Below are positions 19,927 to 29,639 of a stretch of DNA of 64,000 bases, in pieces. The position numbers were made by a program, and so were the translations under genes. Position 1 is the stretch's first letter, and the number at the start of each line of letters is the position of its first letter. Source of the DNA: Thermodesulfobacteriota bacterium (GTDB lineage: Bacteria; Desulfobacterota_D; UBA1144; Nemesobacterales; JAJCZQ01); contig OZ244044.1 of NCBI GenBank assembly GCA_965215275.1, positions 560,855 through 624,854 of the forward strand. The letters run 5' to 3'. The notes below the pieces were generated by a model, which ran no database searches, was not told where the DNA came from, and saw nothing but the letters and a program-made list of their open reading frames with translations.

Positions 19927-20682
19927 GTGAACAAAAAAAACGTGACAAATAACAAGGTTTTAATGCCTGCTATTGAAAAGGTGGAACAATCTGATTCTGT
20001 CTATCCCAGTCGCTTGCTCACCGTATTGAAAAACAAAGCACCAACAACACTTTATTTACAAGGGAATATCAGCCTTCTGGAAATGGATGGAATCGGATTT
20101 TCCGGGTCCAGAAATTCCAGTCAAAATGGAATAGATACAGTCAGAGACTGTGCTGAGCAAGCTGCCAATGCCGGGCTCGCCGTAATCTCCGGCAATGCCG
20201 CAGGCATAGACCTTGAAGCACATTATCACGCGCTCTCCGCGAATGGCTCGACCATTCTCGTTATTCCAGAAGGAATTAACCATTTCCGAATAAAGCGTGC
20301 ACTGGTACCCGTCTGGGATTGGGAGCGTACACTCGTAATCAGTCAATTCAACCCTGACGATGCATGGAAAAATTATCGTGCTATGAAACGTAATCAGGTG
20401 ATCATTGGTTTAAGCAAAGCAATGATCGTCATCGAGGCTGGAGAAAAAGGCGGGACCATGAATGCCGGGATGGAGACACTTAAACGTGATACCCCTCTCT
20501 ACGTGGCTGAATACCAGGATATGTCAGTTGATGCTCGGGGCAACAAAAAACTACTTGAGCTTGGTGGAAAGCGGCTGGCTCGCAGCCGTTCAACAGTCCG
20601 TGCGAATATGAAAAATGTCTTTGATGATGTTACTAGAGACCCTGCAAACCAATCCCATCAAGATCAGACAGGACTTATTTAG
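19927..20682 (+). CDS. DprA/Smf-like (SLOG-superfamily Rossmann) protein, short form without obvious C-terminal wHTH
   Basis: DprA core GIGFSGSRNSSQNGIDTVRDCAEQAANAGLAVISGNAAGIDLEAHYHALSANGSTILVIPEGINHF...NQVIIGLSKAMIVIEAGEKGGTMNAGMETLKRDTPLYV. Track start is GTG at 19927; ATG at 19963 (MPAIEK) is an alternative. It is separated from the DUF499 gene by a 257-nt AT-rich spacer. Confidence 0.65.
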   Translation: MNKKNVTNNKVLMPAIEKVEQSDSVYPSRLLTVLKNKAPTTLYLQGNISLLEMDGIGFSGSRNSSQNGIDTVRDCAEQAANAGLAVISGNAAGIDLEAHYHALSANGSTILVIPEGINHFRIKRALVPVWDWERTLVISQFNPDDAWKNYRAMKRNQVIIGLSKAMIVIEAGEKGGTMNAGMETLKRDTPLYVAEYQDMSVDARGNKKLLELGGKRLARSRSTVRANMKNVFDDVTRDPANQSHQDQTGLI

Positions 20683-20752
20683 TTGTGAATTACTGATGTC
20701 TGAAGATAAACCGTCACAAGGTTATTAAAAGTATACAGTCCACTTTTTATTT

Positions 20753-20845
<93 letters not shown>

Positions 20846-20918
20846 TTTAAGCTAATTGAAATAATGGCACGTTAAAGTCTGCAGTTAAAGTTAAAACCCC
20901 GTGCTATATTTCCTGAGT

Positions 20919-21299
20919 TTACTTAGGACGGCACTTGCAGATATCAACCCTGATGTACTCAACTACGTTGGTTATATCTTCAGATGTAAGCGTGCCTTCC
21001 CATGGAGGCATCAGGAAAGACTTTCCAACTGAAGGACCTCCCTTGCTTATAACCTTTATAAGATGTGCGTCACTTAAACCAGACACGTAATCAGCACTGC
21101 TCAGGTCCCTCGGTTTTGGATTAAGGGCAGCTGCCGCCACACCATCACCTTTACCACCCATGCCATGACAGGAAGCACAGATGTTGTTATATATTACCTT
21201 GCCCTTTGAAGCATCGGCGGCGTGGCTATTTGAGGCAGTGGTAAAACTCAATCCTGAAAATATCAAAAACAATAAGATAGCACTTAATCCTTTATTCAA
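20919..21299 (-). CDS. Class I c-type monohaem cytochrome (c6/c552-like), secreted
   Basis: Signal peptide followed by haem motif ICASCHGMGGKGDG (CxxCH). Distal Met candidate ...FLMPPW. 126 aa. Confidence 0.75.
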   Translation of the reverse strand: MNKGLSAILLFLIFSGLSFTTASNSHAADASKGKVIYNNICASCHGMGGKGDGVAAAALNPKPRDLSSADYVSGLSDAHLIKVISKGGPSVGKSFLMPPWEGTLTSEDITNVVEYIRVDICKCRPK

Positions 21300-21390
21300 A
21301 ATCCTGCCTCCCGACTTTTTTCTAAATCCTAAACTTTACCACAAATTTATATTGGTAAAAAATTTTTATATGGGAATAATTATTTTAAAC

Positions 21391-21472
21391 GGGCGGGTGG
21401 CGGAATGGTAGACGCGACGGTCTCAAAAACCGTTGGGCTTTGCCCGTGAGGGTTCGACTCCCTCTCCGCCTA
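21391..21472 (+). tRNA. tRNA-Leu (anticodon CAA)
   Basis: GGGCGGGTGGCGGAATGGTAGACGCGACGGTCTCAAAAACCGTTGGGCTTTGCCCGTGAGGGTTCGACTCCCTCTCCGCCTA. Anticodon stem ACGGT/ACCGT with loop CUCAAAA (U33, CAA, A37). It has a variable arm, T-loop TTCGACT, and acceptor G-U wobbles at 1:72 and 7:66. No encoded CCA. Exact ends are +/- 2 nt. Confidence 0.75.
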
Positions 21473-21529
21473 TAAATTTATCTGGTAAGTTCTAAACGCA
21501 ATATATAATAAACCCCACTCATAATCACT

Positions 21530-22288
21530 ATGAAAATACTTGTTTCTAACGATGACGGTATAAGTTCCGAGGGATTAAATTCTCTTGTAGAAGTGGCAGA
21601 AGACCTTGCCGATGAAGTATTTGTCGTTGCTCCTGACAGAGACCAAAGTGCCGCAAGCCATTCCCTCAGCCTGCACACACCGCTCAGGGCGGTCAAGGTC
21701 GCAGAAAATGTTTACAGCGTAGAAGGAACACCAACTGACTGCATTAATCTTGCAGTCAACGGCTTATTTAAAGACAATAAACCTGATCTGATCATATCCG
21801 GCATTAACAAAGCGGCGAACATGGGAGACGATATAACTTATTCAGGAACCGTAAGTGCGGCAATAGAAGGCACCTTGCTGAAAGTTCCCTCAATTGCCTT
21901 CTCGCTCGCTTCACGAAACAACTTCAATTTCAAAACGGGTTCATATTATTCAAAAGTAGTTACAAAACACGTTATTGAAAATGGACTTCCTGAAGGGGTT
22001 CTTCTTAACGTGAACATCCCGAACCTTGATGTAGATGAAGTCAAGGGGATAAAGGTAACCAGACAGGGTAAAAGAGTGTACAACGAATCGATCGTAAGCA
22101 ATATAGACCCTCGGGGAAAAGAGTACTTCTGGATCGGAGGCAACGAGATCGCCTACGTAAATATAGAGGAATCGGACATTGTTTCTGTAAATGAAGGATA
22201 TGTGTCCGTAACGCCTATAAGACTGGATATGACCGACTATGACTACTTAAAGGAGCTGAGCGGCGTAAAGTTCAATGAACTGAAATAA
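21530..22288 (+). CDS. surE: 5'/3'-nucleotidase SurE
   Basis: MKILVSNDDGISSEGL...FVVAPDRDQSAASHSLSLHTPLR is the SurE signature N-terminus. Confidence 0.85.
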   Translation: MKILVSNDDGISSEGLNSLVEVAEDLADEVFVVAPDRDQSAASHSLSLHTPLRAVKVAENVYSVEGTPTDCINLAVNGLFKDNKPDLIISGINKAANMGDDITYSGTVSAAIEGTLLKVPSIAFSLASRNNFNFKTGSYYSKVVTKHVIENGLPEGVLLNVNIPNLDVDEVKGIKVTRQGKRVYNESIVSNIDPRGKEYFWIGGNEIAYVNIEESDIVSVNEGYVSVTPIRLDMTDYDYLKELSGVKFNELK

Positions 22289-22872
22289 TGTTGAAATCCC
22301 TTTATGATAAGATCCTTAAGTGGTGCGAAAATAAATACAGCGTGTACGTACTGGCTGGCGTCTCTTTTTTTGAAGCATCCATATTCCCGATCCCGCCCGA
22401 CCCTATCCTTATAACCATCTGCCTGAGCAAGCCAAAGAGGTCCCTTTACATCGCACTTGTATGCTCGGTTTTTTCAGTCCTTGGTGCGATCCTGGGTTAT
22501 TTTATCGGTTCAGCCCTATGGTCGGCAGTTGACGGTTTTTTCTTTGACTACATTTTCAGTGAGCAGGTTTTTCTGAACGTACGGGAGCTTTATCATGAAA
22601 ACTCCTTTACAGCTTTACTGGCAGCGGCGTTCACACCGATCCCGTACAAAGTCTTTACGGTCGCCGCGGGGGTCTTTCAAATAAGCCTGACAGACCTTAT
22701 CGCAGCATCGGCGATCGGCAGGTCCGCAAGGTTCTTTCTTGAAGGAGGACTGATATATTTCTTCGGAGCGGGAATAAAAACGTTCATAGACAGGTACTTT
22801 AATCTCTTAACGATAGCAGCTACCCTGCTTATAATAGCCTTGATAATAGTTTACAGATTACTGGACTGGTAA
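22288..22872 (+). CDS. YqaA/DedA-family membrane protein
   Basis: 194 aa with multiple TM segments. FEASIFPIPPDPILI and FTPIPYKVFTVAAG match the DedA/YqaA re-entrant loop motifs. Its start overlaps the surE stop (TAATG). Confidence 0.55.
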   Translation: MLKSLYDKILKWCENKYSVYVLAGVSFFEASIFPIPPDPILITICLSKPKRSLYIALVCSVFSVLGAILGYFIGSALWSAVDGFFFDYIFSEQVFLNVRELYHENSFTALLAAAFTPIPYKVFTVAAGVFQISLTDLIAASAIGRSARFFLEGGLIYFFGAGIKTFIDRYFNLLTIAATLLIIALIIVYRLLDW

Positions 22873-22951
22873 CTTGTACCATCTACTTTGCAGATTAAGC
22901 TGGTGTATATATTGATAGAAAATCCATATACCTTGGTCTATACTATAGGTT

Positions 22952-23869
22952 ATGAACAGGCATTACTATAAAGGTAAAACATCAATAAGAGATATATGCA
23001 TCTTCTGGTCAGTCTCCGTCCTGCTCCATATCCTGCTCCTGTTTGCTCTATCCTTTGATCCCATGTCTCAAGACCTTCACGTAGAAAAGCCTGCAAAGAC
23101 GGACTATTATGAAATAACCGAGTTCCCCGTTCCGGAAGATAAGGAAACAGAACCGCCCGAAGACTCAAAGCTCCTGGCGGAAAAAAACCGTAAAGTTGAA
23201 AAAGAATCAGCACCCGACACCAACACTAAACTGTCAAGACAGATAAGACAGACGGCACAGAAGCCCGCGTCTCCAAAAAAACCCGCGGTCGCAAAGACGG
23301 ACAGAGCAGAAAGGTCCAAAGCCAAACAGGAAAACGCCCTTGAAAAGACACAGGACAAAGTATCACTGCTTCCCCCAAAACAGAAATGGATAAAGAAAAA
23401 GACCGAAAAAGAGGCAGACAGACCAGCCAGGGATGAAAGGAAACTGGCTCGTGAAATGCCGGAGGTTCCTGCACCTTACAGATCGAAACTCCTGCCGGAA
23501 ATAGGGGCAGACCACCTTAAGAAGAAAGAAGACACCATTGATCTGAACACGAATCATTTTAAATACTATTCATATTTTATCGGCTTGAAAAAACAGATCG
23601 AAAACGTGTGGCACTATCCAAAAGACGCTGCAGTCAAAGGAAAACACGGAAAACTGAACCTGATATTCACGGTATCGAGCGACGGCGATCTGGAGAAATT
23701 AAAGGTCTTACGGTCTTCAGGCTACGCTTCTCTTGACGATGAAGCAGTAAGGGCCATAAAGGTCGCAGCTCCTTATCACCCTTTTCCGAAAAGCTGGGAA
23801 GGAATGGAAAGACTGAACATAAAAGCTTCCTTTGAATACCGCTCTTCAAGGTCCCTGTACGTCAGATAG
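22952..23869 (+). CDS. TonB-family energy-transducer-like protein (N-terminal TM anchor, Pro/Lys/Glu-rich linker, TonB C-terminal domain)
   Basis: TM anchor IFWSVSVLLHILLLFALSF. Charged proline-rich spacer. C-terminal LNLIFTVSSDGDLEKLKVLRSSGYASLDDEAVRAIKVAAPYHPFP resembles the TonB_C fold. Confidence 0.55.
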   Translation: MNRHYYKGKTSIRDICIFWSVSVLLHILLLFALSFDPMSQDLHVEKPAKTDYYEITEFPVPEDKETEPPEDSKLLAEKNRKVEKESAPDTNTKLSRQIRQTAQKPASPKKPAVAKTDRAERSKAKQENALEKTQDKVSLLPPKQKWIKKKTEKEADRPARDERKLAREMPEVPAPYRSKLLPEIGADHLKKKEDTIDLNTNHFKYYSYFIGLKKQIENVWHYPKDAAVKGKHGKLNLIFTVSSDGDLEKLKVLRSSGYASLDDEAVRAIKVAAPYHPFPKSWEGMERLNIKASFEYRSSRSLYVR

Positions 23870-23888
23870 GTCCTGAACTCGTGCAGAG

Positions 23889-24929
23889 CTACCCGTTCAG
23901 AAACTCTACCTTCGCGGGTCCCCGGGCTTTTACTACCTCCCCTATTATGCATGCCTTCTGATCCAGTTTACCCAGCCTGTTCAGCACTTTGTTCTTCTCG
24001 GAAGCAGGGACCACAAGTACCATGCCAATACCGCAGTTGAACGTTCTGAGCATTTCATCCTGGTCAACGTTTCCCAGTTCCTTTATAAGCTTCATGATCC
24101 TGGGCATCTTCCATAAAGACAGATCGATAATCGCCTTTGTGTGCTTTGGCATCACCCTCGGGATATTGTCGGTCAGTCCACCTCCGGTAACGTGAGCAAT
24201 GGCCTTAACCTCGTATTTACCTACGATATCCAGCACGGTCTTTACATAGATCCTTGTCGGCTTAAGCAGTTCTCTGTAAAGAGGGACCCTGAAACCCTTT
24301 GGTTTATGGTCTAATTTCAGTCTGGACCTTTTAAACAGGACCTTCCTTGCAAGCGAATACCCGTTAGAGTGCAGTCCGGAGGAACAAAGTCCTATCAGGA
24401 CGTCCCCATGACCTGCTTTACTGCCGTTAATGAACCTGCTTTTTTCAACGACCCCAACAGCAAATCCCGCAAGGTCAAATTCGTTCCTTTTATAAAAACC
24501 CGGCATCTCCGCCGTTTCTCCACCCAGAAGCACACACCCTGACTCTTTACATCCCCTGACGATACCTTTTATGACCTCAGCGTGCTGGCTCGGAACCAGT
24601 TTTGAGGTCGCCAGATAATCAAGGAAGAACAGCGGCTCCGCTCCGCAGGTCACAACGTCGTTAACGGACATTGCAACAAGGTCTATCCCGACCGTGTCAA
24701 GTATCCCGGAATCGAACGCGAGTTTCAGTTTTGTGCCAACGCCGTCAGTGGAAGACACGAGCAGAGGCTGCCTGTATTTGCGGGATAGTGAAAAAGCTCC
24801 GGAAAAACCCCCTATCTCCGTACCGGAATATACGTTGTGCGTGGATCTGACCAGAGGTCTTATAAGCCGTACAAATTCGCTGCCTGCATCAATATCAACA
24901 CCTGAACTCTTGTACGTGGATTTACTCAC
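23889..24929 (-). CDS. purM: Phosphoribosylformylglycinamidine cyclo-ligase (AIR synthetase)
   Basis: YKSSGVDIDAGSEFV...GGFSGAF...DGVGTKLKLA...GIDLVAMSVNDVVTCGAEPLFFLDY are conserved PurM blocks. Confidence 0.9.
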   Translation of the reverse strand: MSKSTYKSSGVDIDAGSEFVRLIRPLVRSTHNVYSGTEIGGFSGAFSLSRKYRQPLLVSSTDGVGTKLKLAFDSGILDTVGIDLVAMSVNDVVTCGAEPLFFLDYLATSKLVPSQHAEVIKGIVRGCKESGCVLLGGETAEMPGFYKRNEFDLAGFAVGVVEKSRFINGSKAGHGDVLIGLCSSGLHSNGYSLARKVLFKRSRLKLDHKPKGFRVPLYRELLKPTRIYVKTVLDIVGKYEVKAIAHVTGGGLTDNIPRVMPKHTKAIIDLSLWKMPRIMKLIKELGNVDQDEMLRTFNCGIGMVLVVPASEKNKVLNRLGKLDQKACIIGEVVKARGPAKVEFLNG

Positions 24930-24958
24930 TTAAGATCATCGCCCTGACCTGCGATCAG

Positions 24959-25603
24959 TTACTCATCTTCCAAGATCTTAACAGACCTTATAACCACGGA
25001 CGTTGTTGGAACATCACTGAAATGCTCCACGACCCCCGTTTCCACCGCACCTATTTTATCAACCACGTCCATACCTTCCACCACCTCACCAAAGACGGCG
25101 TATCCATAATCCCTCTGTCCATGATCTAAAAAACCGTTGTCTGCCAGATTGATAAAGAACTGCGAGGTGGCACTGTTAATGTCCGAGGTCCTTGCCATGG
25201 CGAGGGAACCTCTCTTATTTAAAAGGCCGTTCTTAGCTTCATTGTCGATCGGCTGCCTGGTCGGCTTCTGGACCATACCTTCGGTAAAGCCGCCCGTCTG
25301 TATCATAAAACCGGGTATCACCCTGTGAAATATAACGCCGTCGTAAAAACCCTCCCTTGCATAAGCAAGGAAGTTATCCACCGTAACCGGTGCTTTTTTC
25401 CCGTTCAGTTCTACTTTTATATCGCCGAGATTCGTCGAGATCAGTACCATTGAAATTACTCCTTTACCGCTGGTTTTTTGCATTTCCTTTTCTTTCTTTT
25501 TCACAAAAGTATCACAGGCAGATAGTGCAGCAGTAAATACCACTGCCATCAGCACCAAAATGATCTTATAACACATGCTTGAACGAACATTCATATTAGT
25601 CAT
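24959..25603 (-). CDS. Cyclophilin-type peptidyl-prolyl cis-trans isomerase, lipoprotein/periplasmic
   Basis: Lipobox ...AALSAC. Cyclophilin core [21 protein letters not shown]. Confidence 0.85.
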   Translation of the reverse strand: MTNMNVRSSMCYKIILVLMAVVFTAALSACDTFVKKKEKEMQKTSGKGVISMVLISTNLGDIKVELNGKKAPVTVDNFLAYAREGFYDGVIFHRVIPGFMIQTGGFTEGMVQKPTRQPIDNEAKNGLLNKRGSLAMARTSDINSATSQFFINLADNGFLDHGQRDYGYAVFGEVVEGMDVVDKIGAVETGVVEHFSDVPTTSVVIRSVKILEDE

Positions 25604-25684
25604 TTCCCTTTATCTGTTAGTTAAACCGAAAATATAGTGTATCATATAGGGTCTGGTTTCAAAACAGCTTTTTGAGGAAAAAGT

Positions 25685-26620
25685 ATGAGCAAGATCGAAT
25701 TCGGAGTTATGCTGCGGCAGCAAAAGATAGACTTCTCGGATATACGCGAGGCGGCGCAGCTTTGCGATAAACTGGGATATGATTCCATATGGTTTTACGA
25801 CCACGTTCTCGGGCAAGGCATTATCGGCATTGACATTTTGGAACCCTGGACACTTATGTCGGCACTTGCACCTGTAACCGAACGGATTAGGATCGGGACC
25901 ATGGTGCTGTGCAACGGGTTCAGACATCCTCCGCTGCTGGCAAAAATGGCCTCAACCCTTGATCATATATCCACAGGCAGACTTGAACTTGCCATCGGCG
26001 CAGGCTGGTTCGAAGAAGAGTTCAAAGCGTATGGGTACGACTTCCCGGATGCAAAGACCAGAATAGAGATGCTCAGGGAATCAGTTGAGATATTAAAACT
26101 TTTATGGATAGAGGAAAAAGCAAATTACAACGGAAAATACTATAAAGTAGAAGAGGCCTTATGTAATCCCAAACCCGTTCAGAAACCTCACATTCCCGTT
26201 ATAATCGGAGGAGCCGGGGAAAATCATCTGTTAAAAGTCGTTGCTGCGGTGGCCGATGAATGGAACTGTCCCGCAACCCACTCGGTTGAATTCGACAGGA
26301 AATACCTGGCACTGAAACGGCACTGTAATGACCTGCAAAGAGATATTGAGACAATACGCATATCCGAGCAAACCGTGTGCGTGCTGGTCGGCAGGGAAAA
26401 CGAACTTGCGGAAAAGCTCGAGAAAGCTCAACGCAGATACTCGTTCTTTGGAGACGTGGAAAAGCTGGGAATAGTTGGAACGCCGGATCAATGTATCAAA
26501 AAAATAAACGCCAATAAGGAAAAAGGCATAACAAAATACACGATCTTTTTTTCAGACGTAATGAATAAAGAAACCCTTGAACTGTTTGCAAAAGAAGTTA
26601 TACCGGAGTTTGATCGTTAG
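25685..26620 (+). CDS. LLM-class (luciferase-like) flavin-dependent oxidoreductase
   Basis: GYDSIWFYDHV...RIRIGTMVLCNGFRHPPLLAKMASTLDHISTGRLELAIGAGW is a typical LLM TIM-barrel signature. Confidence 0.7.
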   Translation: MSKIEFGVMLRQQKIDFSDIREAAQLCDKLGYDSIWFYDHVLGQGIIGIDILEPWTLMSALAPVTERIRIGTMVLCNGFRHPPLLAKMASTLDHISTGRLELAIGAGWFEEEFKAYGYDFPDAKTRIEMLRESVEILKLLWIEEKANYNGKYYKVEEALCNPKPVQKPHIPVIIGGAGENHLLKVVAAVADEWNCPATHSVEFDRKYLALKRHCNDLQRDIETIRISEQTVCVLVGRENELAEKLEKAQRRYSFFGDVEKLGIVGTPDQCIKKINANKEKGITKYTIFFSDVMNKETLELFAKEVIPEFDR

Positions 26621-26668
26621 CAGGATCATGCTGATGTTATATGGAACTCTCAAAATGATCTTGAAAAT

Positions 26669-27298
26669 ATGACCGATAAAAGACCTTATACTCGCGAGAA
26701 ACTTATTTATAAAAGATTTGTCTCACGTTTTAGTCCTACTAGTGTAGAGAGATATGTCCCTAACAGGCGAGGTTTAGAAGGTTTATTTGTAATCAGAGAG
26801 GTCGACCTGTGGAACAAGGGTATTGAAGAAATATATATAGTCGTTGATGCTTCTTCATCGTTTGATGAAAAGAAATTATCATCTGTTATTCACCACATTT
26901 ACAAACTTTTAGTCAGAGACAGAGTTGACGTTAAATGGAATATACTGATCTTTGCCACCAAGGCTGAACTGATCAAAAAAGTTAAAATAAAAAACGCTGA
27001 TACCGTCTGTGAGATCATTAATGAAAACCGGGATAAAGTTGGCAGTACTGCTGAATTTGCACCAGTCGAAAGCATTTTAAGGAAGAATTTTGGAAATATA
27101 ACAGGGATAATTTTTGTTAGTGACTACGATTTTACAGAAGAGGACAGAAAGAATTTTTATCAGTTCGTTATTAAAAAATCACTTGCTGGATTTAAAGTTC
27201 CAATGCTGGTAATTGAGGTCGGTGGTGCCGTTCAGGAAGAAGTTATACAGACTTTCAGTAAAAAATCACACATAGACCTTTGCATTTTTAACTATTGA
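26669..27298 (+). CDS. Hypothetical protein, low GC; weak vWA-like MIDAS motif
   Basis: IYIVVDASSSF fits DxSxS. No other recognisable motif. AT-rich codon usage differs from its neighbours. Confidence 0.3.
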   Translation: MTDKRPYTREKLIYKRFVSRFSPTSVERYVPNRRGLEGLFVIREVDLWNKGIEEIYIVVDASSSFDEKKLSSVIHHIYKLLVRDRVDVKWNILIFATKAELIKKVKIKNADTVCEIINENRDKVGSTAEFAPVESILRKNFGNITGIIFVSDYDFTEEDRKNFYQFVIKKSLAGFKVPMLVIEVGGAVQEEVIQTFSKKSHIDLCIFNY

Positions 27299-27311
27299 TC
27301 AACGGTCCTGC

Positions 27312-28097
27312 TTACTTGATCTCTATTTCCCGCTCGGTAGCGTTCCAGTCCGCCTGAATTAACTTACCGTCCTTGTCCAGCACCTCTAACCTGATATGGT
27401 AGGTGCCAGTACTGAGACCAGATACAAAAGCTGGTGTCCATTCGTCAGTTTCAAAAATATATTCACGGGTGTCACCTTTTTTACGGACCCTGTACCTTGC
27501 CGTATTCCCGTCGGCACTCAGTTCCACGTTGTTTAAATAAAAATCCAGCATGATCTTTTTTGCAGCATCACCAGCATAAACCCCTTTAGGACGGCTATAA
27601 ACAACAAAAGGACTTCCTGTTCTTACAGGCTGAAATTCCAATCTGTTACCAGTCAGCTTAAAACTGACCACGCTGCCTGCACCCGGCGTCTTGACGCTTT
27701 CATGATAGGAACGGCCTGGAAATGCAAACAGCGTGTGCTGTCCTTCCGTTACTTCCTTTATATGTACCAGGTTATCCTTACCGTGCCTGTAAATCGCCAG
27801 ATATGGCTTATTATCTATGATCAGATGAACGTGCTGCCCTCTTGGGGAATTTGCTATCTCCGCCGCTCTCGGCGTCTTTGTCTGAATACCTAACACAAAA
27901 TCATCCACGTCCAGTTCCACGTCAATCCCGTTACCCTTCCTGGTGATATTTACGATCCTTACATTAGGTTTTCCCGAAACTGCAGGTGACCTTTCTGCCT
28001 TGCTGATAACCACACCCGTTTTATTCCAGCAACCGGCCGCAAACGTTAATGCAGTTATAACAGAAATAAAAAGAACTTTAACTCGTTTAATCTTCAT
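27312..28097 (-). CDS. Hypothetical lipoprotein
   Basis: Signal plus lipobox LTFAAGC. 261 aa, beta-rich. No family recognised. Confidence 0.4.
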   Translation of the reverse strand: MKIKRVKVLFISVITALTFAAGCWNKTGVVISKAERSPAVSGKPNVRIVNITRKGNGIDVELDVDDFVLGIQTKTPRAAEIANSPRGQHVHLIIDNKPYLAIYRHGKDNLVHIKEVTEGQHTLFAFPGRSYHESVKTPGAGSVVSFKLTGNRLEFQPVRTGSPFVVYSRPKGVYAGDAAKKIMLDFYLNNVELSADGNTARYRVRKKGDTREYIFETDEWTPAFVSGLSTGTYHIRLEVLDKDGKLIQADWNATEREIEIK

Positions 28098-28163
28098 TTT
28101 TTCAACCCGCTTAAAAATTTCAGTTATGATTTATATCAAGTAGTATTATAACACCAGAGAAAA

Positions 28164-29192
28164 ATGAAAAGAAGACCGTCTCAAACCGTTCCCCATGAGG
28201 ACATAGCAGGTCTGGACGTTCCCAGCAGACCAAGAAGGAACAGAAAGTCCGAGAGTATCAGAAAGCTGATACGAGAATCCCATCTTACACCGGGTGACCT
28301 CATTTATCCCCTGTTTATACACGATAAGGATACCGATGAAGATATAAGTTCAATGCCCGGATGTAAAAGGTTTGGCATAAAAGGACTGCTGAACGAAGTA
28401 AGAACGTCCCTTAAGCTCGGAATTTCGGCATTCGTGCTGTTCCCTGCAATCAAGGAAGATCTGAAGTCCTCTTTATGCGAGGAGTCGTATAACAAGGATG
28501 GACTGGTTCAAAGGGCCGTCAGATCGATCAAGGAAAATATCCCCGAGGCCACGGTCATAACCGACGTCGCCCTTGATCCCTATAACAGCGATGGACACGA
28601 CGGAGTTGTATCTCCCAAGGGTGAAATACTGAACGACTACACGGTTGAGGTGCTGTGCAAGCAGGCACTCTCACACGCACGGTCCGGGGCAGACGTCGTT
28701 TCACCAAGCGATATGATGGACGGAAGGATAGGTGCTATCAGAGAGACGCTTGACGAAGAGGAGTTTACAGGCGTTTCAATTATGTCCTACACGGCAAAAT
28801 ACGCATCGTCGTTTTACGGGCCATTTCGTGGTGCACTGGATTCCGCTCCCAAATCAGGTGATAAGAAAACCTATCAGATGGACCCTGCCAATTCCCGTGA
28901 GGCGTTAAGGGAACTTATGCTCGATGAAGAGGAAGGTGCCGATATAGTGATGGTCAAGCCCGCCGGATACTATCTTGACCTTGTACATCTCTTTAAAGAA
29001 AACACGGAACTCCCGGTTGCCTCATATCAGGTAAGTGGTGAGTATCTGATGATCAAGGCAGCTTCGGCTTCAGGATGGTTAGATGAAGATAAGGCCGTTT
29101 TAGAAAGCCTGATGAGCATAAAACGAGCAGGTGCTGATATGATACTGACGTATTTTGCACCAAAAGCGGCTTTACTTCTGAGAGATACTTAA
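28164..29192 (+). CDS. hemB: Porphobilinogen synthase (delta-aminolevulinic acid dehydratase)
   Basis: PRRNR...IYPLF...GADIVMVKPAGYYLDLV...MILTYFA are conserved HemB blocks. Confidence 0.9.
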   Translation: MKRRPSQTVPHEDIAGLDVPSRPRRNRKSESIRKLIRESHLTPGDLIYPLFIHDKDTDEDISSMPGCKRFGIKGLLNEVRTSLKLGISAFVLFPAIKEDLKSSLCEESYNKDGLVQRAVRSIKENIPEATVITDVALDPYNSDGHDGVVSPKGEILNDYTVEVLCKQALSHARSGADVVSPSDMMDGRIGAIRETLDEEEFTGVSIMSYTAKYASSFYGPFRGALDSAPKSGDKKTYQMDPANSREALRELMLDEEEGADIVMVKPAGYYLDLVHLFKENTELPVASYQVSGEYLMIKAASASGWLDEDKAVLESLMSIKRAGADMILTYFAPKAALLLRDT

Positions 29193-29360
29193 CGATCAGA
29201 GGTATATTTAACAGAACTGCAGAGCGTTAAGGTCCGTATGCTCAGATCCGACAGGAAAGAACACGGACAAAGATATCAGCTAAATGTATTATCGTTCTCT
29301 TTACAATTCCACAGACTTTTGATACAATGTTTTGTTTACGATTTATGAGGTGAAAAAAGT

Positions 29361-29639
29361 ATGAAAAAAGGCATACACCCTGAATACAATTACGTGGTCT
29401 TTAAAGACGCCTCCTCTGATTTTGCAGTGCTGACAAGATCGACCAGGACCTCCGAAGAGAAGATCAAATGGACAGATGGTAATGAATATCCGCTCATTAC
29501 GGTCGAGATATCAAGTGGTTCCCATCCCTTTTACACCGGAAAGGAAAAGTCCTACGAGAAAGAAGGCCGCGTGGAACGATTCATGAAGAAATACGGCAAA
29601 GCGACTAAAAAATCAGAAACGCAGGAAAAAAACACCTGA
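29361..29639 (+). CDS. rpmE: 50S ribosomal protein L31 (type B, no Zn-ribbon)
   Basis: MKKGIHPEY...HPFYTGK. Confidence 0.85.
   Translation: MKKGIHPEYNYVVFKDASSDFAVLTRSTRTSEEKIKWTDGNEYPLITVEISSGSHPFYTGKEKSYEKEGRVERFMKKYGKATKKSETQEKNT

Noticed and set aside
25610-25927. 105-aa minus-strand ORF
   Set aside because: It overlaps the 5' end of the well-supported LLM oxidoreductase gene and the intergenic region. No motifs.
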